From the NCBI GenBank assembly GCA_964521105.1, contig CAZFPO010000001.1:143-64142 (forward strand): DNA of 64,000 nucleotides, read 5' to 3'. The stretch comes from an uncultured Lentimicrobiaceae bacterium (GTDB lineage: Bacteria > Bacteroidota > Bacteroidia > Bacteroidales > WCHB1-69). The notes below the pieces were generated by a model. That model saw only the letters and a program-made list of their open reading frames with translations, was not told the DNA's origin and made no database searches. Below are positions 59,127 to 64,000 of this stretch, one piece after another (positions within the stretch are counted from its first letter, which is position 1; every line of letters begins with the position of its first letter). The position numbers were made by a program, and so were the translations under genes.

Positions 59127-61658
59127 ATGAAAAAAATCAGTCTATTTCTAGTTTTACTACCCTTAAGTGTAGTGTTATTTTCTCAAAATCATCAAGGTGG
59201 AGGAGGTCAAGGAGCCGGAATGTCCGAAGAAATTAAAAAAATGGTAAGCGATACAACGGGAGTCATTATGGGAATGGTAATGGATGAATCTAGCAGTAAG
59301 CCATTAGAATACGCCACTGTTGCTGTTATGAATCCAAAAGATTCCAGCATCATTAGCGGTGGTATAACAAACGAAAACGGACGTTTTACAGTAGGAAATA
59401 TCCCATTTGGTAAAATGTTAATTCGTATTGATTTTATTGGTTACAAATCGGTTTGGATAAATGATAAAGTCTTAGAAAAAAGCAAACCTGTTATGCCTAT
59501 TGGTAGAATTAAAATTAAACCATCCGCAAAAATGCTCGAAGGCGTTGAAATTACTGCCAATAAAGAGATGATTCAAACCAATTTGGATAAAAAAGTTTTT
59601 AATGTTTCTCAGGATTTAACCAGTTTAGGCGGAACCGCAGTAGATGTTATGCAAACTATTCCTGCCGTTCAAGTGGATATTGACGGCAATGTAAGTATAC
59701 GAGGAAGTGGTAATATCACTGTTTTAATCGACGGACGTCCTTCAAATTTAACCCTTGAGCAAATACCTGCCGAAATGATAGAAAGTATCGAGGTTATCAC
59801 TAATCCTTCGGCTCGCTATGATCCAGATGGAATATCTGGAATTATAAATGTGGTGATGAAAAAACAGAAACAACATGGTTTTAATGGGATGATTTCGGCA
59901 AACATAGGCATTGGTGAGTTTGAAAATAAATGGTTAGCTAATAAGTCCAACATAACTTTAAATTTAAACTATAGATACGATAAAATTAATGTAAGTTTTA
60001 GCTTTGATAATCGAACATTTAATAATAGATTTAAAGGCGGTTTATATAGAAAAACTAGTTTTCAAAATGAAAATACGGATAGTTTAACTGTTTCTCAACT
60101 CGACCAATTAATGAGAGGCGAAATGAACCATTCGAACCAAAATGCAAAAATTGGAGTTGATTACTTTTTAAATAAATATACTACACTATTTATTAATGCC
60201 TCTGCCGGATTTTCAAGTGGGGACCGAGGTTTTGATTTAAATAGTGTCATTAGTAATAAATATAATACGCCATTTCAGAAATACAATCAACGTTCTGTTT
60301 CAGTAGATGATTCTAAAGATTATGAATTTTCTGCTGGGATGAAAAAAACGTTTGAAACCAAAGGCAAGGAACTTACCATTGATTTATTTTATTCGCACGA
60401 TATCGATGATGATGGTGGGGACATTGATCAAGTTTATCTATTGCCAATTAACCGAACTTATTTTCAAAGTACTGTAAATAACGGAATTAAAAATACCATA
60501 AATGCTCAGTTAGATTATGTAACTCCAATTGGCAACGGGGGGCGTTTAGAAACCGGTTATAAATTTTCAAATCGACAAGTAGATAATGATTATAAAATGT
60601 TTTCTGGTTTTGATGAATTTACTGCAACTATAGATTCTAATCAACTTAATCATTTTGTATATACCGATTATCTTCATTCGGCTTATGCTATATATTCGAA
60701 CACTTTGTTTGGAAAATTAAAATATCAAGGAGGCTTACGAATCGAAAATGCGGACGTTATTTCAAATTTGGAATCACAAAATACGGAATACAAACATAAT
60801 TATTTGAATTTATTCCCAACAGCTCATTTAAAGTATGAGTTTACCGAAAAAAATGCAATTCAATTAAGTTATAGCCGTAGAGTAAGTCGACCAAGAACTC
60901 ATAATCTCAATCCATTTATCGATTATTCTGATCGTTTAAATTTGCAACAAGGCAATCCGCAACTTGACCCCGAATTTGTAAATTCAATAGAATTGAGCCA
61001 CTACTTGTATTTTGGTAAAGCATCTTCGATTAATACAACCATTTTTTACCGAAAACGAACCGACATAATTACTCGATTAACCACTTTAATTAACGATTCT
61101 ACAACCATGACAACGTATCAAAACGTAGATAAAAGTACTTCGTATGGTGCCGAATTCGTTTTTGGGCAAACCATAACAAAGTGGTGGAAATTAAGCCTTA
61201 CCGGAGCTTTTTATAATAATTCATACAATTCGGTGCTTATTACCGATGCAAATTTAAAGGATGAATTCAGCTGGAATACTCGCTTAATGTCTATCTTTAG
61301 TTTTAATAAAAAAGCAGATTTTCAAGTTATTTTTAACTATCGTTCTCCATCCGTATCCATTGGAACATCAGGTTTTGGCAGGTCGGGAGTTGGTCAAGGT
61401 GTTATTAAAGAAACATATAGTATGGATTTGGGCGGTAAAGTTAATATTTGGAAAGACAATCTTCAACTAAAATTAAGAGTGTCGGACATTTTTGGCTGGT
61501 GGAAAATGGAATCTGAAACCAATGCTCCCGGTATTTATTCGTTAACAACTCGTCAACGTGAAAGCAGAATGATTTGGGTTGGTCTTTCATTTAAAATTAA
61601 CGACTATAAAGTTAGGCGTGAGAAAAACAACAACGAGGATAATGGTGACGATATGTAA
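59127..61658 (+). CDS. Outer membrane beta-barrel family protein (TonB-dependent-receptor-like, CarboxypepD_reg N-terminal domain)
   Basis: Signal peptide, a carboxypeptidase-regulatory-like domain (GVIMGMVMDESSSKPLEYATVAV...), a plug-like segment (...SIRGSG...VLIDGRP...) and a long beta-strand-rich C-terminal region ending in aromatic-rich strands. Confidence 0.8.
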   Translation: MKKISLFLVLLPLSVVLFSQNHQGGGGQGAGMSEEIKKMVSDTTGVIMGMVMDESSSKPLEYATVAVMNPKDSSIISGGITNENGRFTVGNIPFGKMLIRIDFIGYKSVWINDKVLEKSKPVMPIGRIKIKPSAKMLEGVEITANKEMIQTNLDKKVFNVSQDLTSLGGTAVDVMQTIPAVQVDIDGNVSIRGSGNITVLIDGRPSNLTLEQIPAEMIESIEVITNPSARYDPDGISGIINVVMKKQKQHGFNGMISANIGIGEFENKWLANKSNITLNLNYRYDKINVSFSFDNRTFNNRFKGGLYRKTSFQNENTDSLTVSQLDQLMRGEMNHSNQNAKIGVDYFLNKYTTLFINASAGFSSGDRGFDLNSVISNKYNTPFQKYNQRSVSVDDSKDYEFSAGMKKTFETKGKELTIDLFYSHDIDDDGGDIDQVYLLPINRTYFQSTVNNGIKNTINAQLDYVTPIGNGGRLETGYKFSNRQVDNDYKMFSGFDEFTATIDSNQLNHFVYTDYLHSAYAIYSNTLFGKLKYQGGLRIENADVISNLESQNTEYKHNYLNLFPTAHLKYEFTEKNAIQLSYSRRVSRPRTHNLNPFIDYSDRLNLQQGNPQLDPEFVNSIELSHYLYFGKASSINTTIFYRKRTDIITRLTTLINDSTTMTTYQNVDKSTSYGAEFVFGQTITKWWKLSLTGAFYNNSYNSVLITDANLKDEFSWNTRLMSIFSFNKKADFQVIFNYRSPSVSIGTSGFGRSGVGQGVIKETYSMDLGGKVNIWKDNLQLKLRVSDIFGWWKMESETNAPGIYSLTTRQRESRMIWVGLSFKINDYKVRREKNNNEDNGDDM

Positions 61659-61671
61659 AACACGCTGATTA

Positions 61672-62181
61672 ATGAAACATTTATTTTTATTATTTTTCAG
61701 TTTTCTTCTGGTATCTTGTACTAATTTAGGAAGTTCGGTTCAGGATACTTCGGATATTTCGACAGTAAAAAAAAATGCAGATTCAGCTACCGGATATTGG
61801 CAAATTCCTGAAAAATCAAGAATGATTTTACGCAAAAATGAAGTTTTTGGACCTGGAGCTCACCTCTTCTATTTTGACAATAAGTATGTTACAATTTCGT
61901 TGGTAACGTTGAAAGATTGGATGTGGAAATCGGAGGATGATTTATACAAATTAGAAGCTAAATGGGGACATGATAGTTTGTATTATTTGCCTCCTTTCGG
62001 TAACTGGACTTATCTGGCAACGTTTGATGGAAATAACTTTTTCACTGTAGTCAACGACAGCACATTTACCTATTATAAAGTCGAAAAGGATCAAATCAGT
62101 AAGAGCGATAGCTCGATATTAAAATTTAGACAAGTTCACGACTATAATATCAAACCTACTGATATGAAACAAAAAAGATAA
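61672..62181 (+). CDS. Lipoprotein of unknown function
   Basis: Lipoprotein signal (FLLVSC). 169 aa, starting 13 nt after the outer-membrane barrel gene. Confidence 0.55.
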   Translation: MKHLFLLFFSFLLVSCTNLGSSVQDTSDISTVKKNADSATGYWQIPEKSRMILRKNEVFGPGAHLFYFDNKYVTISLVTLKDWMWKSEDDLYKLEAKWGHDSLYYLPPFGNWTYLATFDGNNFFTVVNDSTFTYYKVEKDQISKSDSSILKFRQVHDYNIKPTDMKQKR

Positions 62182-62249
62182 AGAAGTTCAAAATAATTTA
62201 CTTCTTCATCCTTTTTCAAAGTCCTATTGAGTTTTAAAATAGGGAAATA

Positions 62250-62645
62250 TTATTGTTTTACAAGTGTAAGTTCTTTCATTTTGGAGTAAATTAACAGATT
62301 TCCATTCTTCATTTTATACTTATCGGCATCTAATAGCATGTGGTAAAAATCCATGCTTTTATTGTCATCGCAACAAATTTTAGTACAAGAAGCGGCATTA
62401 ATTTTTAATCCATTTTCGGCTGAATAAGTTCCAGTGCATGTGTTTTCGGATAGACTAATAGTGTAATTTTTGTTATCTAAAAATTTAATTGATAAATAGC
62501 CCGAATTTAGAAATGTACTATCTATTTTATTTCCCGATATATTTTTAACGGACTCAAGTTTCCATTTTCCAATTAAATCGCGGGTTTGAGAAAAGGAAAA
62601 AATAGTTATAAACATAACTGCTGAAAATAATAGAATCTTTTTCAT
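62250..62645 (-). CDS. Small secreted protein, possibly META (HslJ-like) domain
   Basis: Signal peptide. The pattern GKWKLESV...SIKF...NTCTGTY...GLKI...CTKICC...F...L...Y...GNLLIY resembles META domains. Weak, by eye only. Confidence 0.4.
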   Translation of the reverse strand: MKKILLFSAVMFITIFSFSQTRDLIGKWKLESVKNISGNKIDSTFLNSGYLSIKFLDNKNYTISLSENTCTGTYSAENGLKINAASCTKICCDDNKSMDFYHMLLDADKYKMKNGNLLIYSKMKELTLVKQ

Positions 62646-62794
62646 GGCTTAATTTTTTAGTGATACGTTTATTAAAATTCAAAACAATTAAATTAATCAA
62701 ATATTATGCCATATAATACTGAAAATGAAAAGAATAATGTGTTCAAAATGAACTTGCTAAGCATGATGGGGATATAGTTTTTCATGTTTTGTTA

Positions 62795-62857
62795 CAAATC
62801 AAAATCTCACATCGTGGACTCTGATTTGAGATAATTTAGAAACAAAAAATTCAAATT
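62795..62857. repeat. 63-nt direct repeat, decayed copy (R1)
   Basis: CAAATCAAAATCTCACATCGTGGACTCTGATTTGAGATAATTTAGAAACAAAAAATTCAAATT matches 63236-63298 apart from about 5 differences. The left hairpin arm is mutated. Confidence 0.65.
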
Positions 62858-62952
62858 CAGAACAGAATTGTCAATGGTTTTTAAATCAATATTAAACAGC
62901 GAATGTATTTAATGATGATTTTTTATTATTTTCTGTGGTTTTTAACAAAACG

Positions 62953-63037
62953 AACACCGTAGGTGTTTACTGTACATAACCCCCAGATTTATCTGGGGAG
63001 TGTAGACAAAACAAAAAAAACAACTCCGTAGGAGTTG
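62953..63037. repeat. Triple-hairpin module 1
   Basis: AACACC-GTA-GGTGTT (62953-62967), CCCCAGAT-TT-ATCTGGGG (62981-62998) and CAACTCC-GTA-GGAGTTG (63021-63037). Confidence 0.6.
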
Positions 63038-63140
63038 ACCATTTTATCATGAAAAACAAAAGAAAAGGATTTTTTATAAAAATTCAATATCAAATTATTT
63101 TTGTACTTACAAATATGTCCAAACTTTTCATAACATAAGT

Positions 63141-63228
63141 AAACTCTTACAGAGTTTTTTTCTTATGATTGTTTCATAACCCCCAAATAAATTTGGGGGT
63201 TATTCACAGATAACTCCTAACGGAGTTA
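63141..63228. repeat. Triple-hairpin module 2
   Basis: AAACTCT-TAC-AGAGTTT (63141-63157), ATAACCCCCAAAT-AA-ATTTGGGGGTTAT (63176-63203) and TAACTCC-TAAC-GGAGTTA (63211-63228). Same order and architecture as module 1. Confidence 0.6.
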
Positions 63229-63235
63229 AAAATTC

Positions 63236-63298
63236 CAAATCAGAGTCTCACATGGTGGACTCTGATTTGAGATTATTTAGAAACAAAAATTTCAAATT
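63236..63298. repeat. 63-nt direct repeat, intact copy (R2), containing the likely terminator hairpin of the T9SS gene
   Basis: AAATCAGAGTC-TCACATGGTG-GACTCTGATTT (63237-63268) abuts the stop codon of the minus-strand gene at 63297-63299. Confidence 0.65.
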
Positions 63299-64000
63299 AA
63301 TCTTTTACAACTTTTCTTATCTCACTTGAATTTCCGCTTATCATTTTCAAATAATACATTCCAGCAGGTAAATTACCAGTATGAATGATCGTTTTAGACG
63401 AGAAACTTCCTTTAGCTACCATTTGACCCAACGCATTAATGAGCTCATATTCCGTCTGATTTTTGTCGTTTTCAATCCATATAAAATTTGAAAATGGATT
63501 TGGATAAACCATATTGAAGGAACTGTTTTGAACATCATCAATTCCAGAGACAATAACATGGATTGAATTTGAAGGATCAGAACTACACCCATTTAATGTA
63601 ACAATTGAATAATAATCGCCTGTGTGCAAAACAGTATAATTTTGATTCATAGCACCGTTGATTAATCCGTTTTGATCATACCATTGATTTCCTGCAGTTG
63701 CATCGGAATGAAGAATATTTCCGTTTACACTAATTATCGGGGTAATAGGTTTAGCATTAACAACAATATTTAAGGACGAAGCAATTCCATTTCCGCAGGC
63801 ATTATCACCTTTTACACTGATGTTTCCTGTAACTGCATTACTTCCAAAACTGACACTAATTGAATTTGTTGTGGAAGTTCCACTTGCTCCCGAAGGCAAT
63901 GTCCAAATATAAGAAGTGGCATTTTGAATTAATGGAACTTGATAAGTTACATTATTTTCACCTTGACAAACCGAAACATCTCCAGTGATTGTTCCAGCCG
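63297..64000 (-). CDS. Secreted protein with PKD-like/Ig-like repeat and T9SS C-terminal sorting domain (partial; 5' end beyond the window)
   Basis: The frame stays open upstream of the track start. The codon at 63899 is an internal TTG, and I read ...AGTITGDVSVCQGENNVTYQVPLIQNATSYIWTLPSGASG... to the window edge. C-terminal MVYPNPFSNFIWI...GMYYLKM T9SS tag. Confidence 0.75.
   Translation of the reverse strand, partial: AGTITGDVSVCQGENNVTYQVPLIQNATSYIWTLPSGASGTSTTNSISVSFGSNAVTGNISVKGDNACGNGIASSLNIVVNAKPITPIISVNGNILHSDATAGNQWYDQNGLINGAMNQNYTVLHTGDYYSIVTLNGCSSDPSNSIHVIVSGIDDVQNSSFNMVYPNPFSNFIWIENDKNQTEYELINALGQMVAKGSFSSKTIIHTGNLPAGMYYLKMISGNSSEIRKVVKD

Noticed and set aside
63049-63138. 29-codon ORF (MKNKRKGFFIKIQ...) between the two hairpin modules, and a 23-codon ORF at 62706-62777
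   Set aside because: Both are too short and compositionally indistinguishable from the surrounding AT-rich spacer. No supporting signals.
62940-63235. Possible CRISPR-like array because of recurring short palindromes
   Set aside because: There are only two modules, and the hairpins differ in sequence and length. There is no constant repeat with regular spacers, and no cas genes lie in the window.

Overview
This is a 64-kb chromosomal segment of a low-GC, Bacteroidota-type genome. That assignment is inferred from T9SS C-terminal sorting domains on four secreted proteins, TAnnTTTG -7 promoter boxes, scarce Shine-Dalgarno sites and Bacteroidota-style gene order. It holds about 75 protein genes, almost all housekeeping: purN, acpP-fabF-rnc, lysC, a UvrD/PcrA-type helicase, glgB plus a pullulanase, eno, sucB-nadB-gamma-CA, apbE, an msrB/msrA fusion, dxr-rseP and an outer-membrane beta-barrel. 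An uninterrupted str-S10-spc-alpha ribosomal supercluster runs from rpsL to rplQ (22.4-40.2 kb); rpmD and rpmJ are present but fall below the ORF-track size cut-off. I saw no rRNA, tRNA, CRISPR array, transposase, integrase or phage genes. Accessory or unusual content is limited to six items. (i) An AbiEi/AbiEii type IV TA pair at 5.5-6.8 kb, which is a known family. (ii) A rearranged patch between eno and the gamma-CA gene (48.2-49.5 kb), with a ~116-nt duplication, a truncated P-loop gene whose small partner ORF survives, and three copies of one palindrome at the block boundaries. (iii) That palindrome family dispersed across the window. (iv) Two covarying triple-hairpin modules bracketed by a 63-nt direct repeat at 62.8-63.3 kb. 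(v) A TTCCAAC / CTGTCTGCCGACAGG repeat block at 14.85-15.0 kb. (vi) Tandem paralogous lipoproteins. I did not find a convincing multi-gene system of a new kind. The hairpin-associated rearrangement patch and the hairpin modules are the best leads. Hand-located motif coordinates may be off by 1-2 nt.
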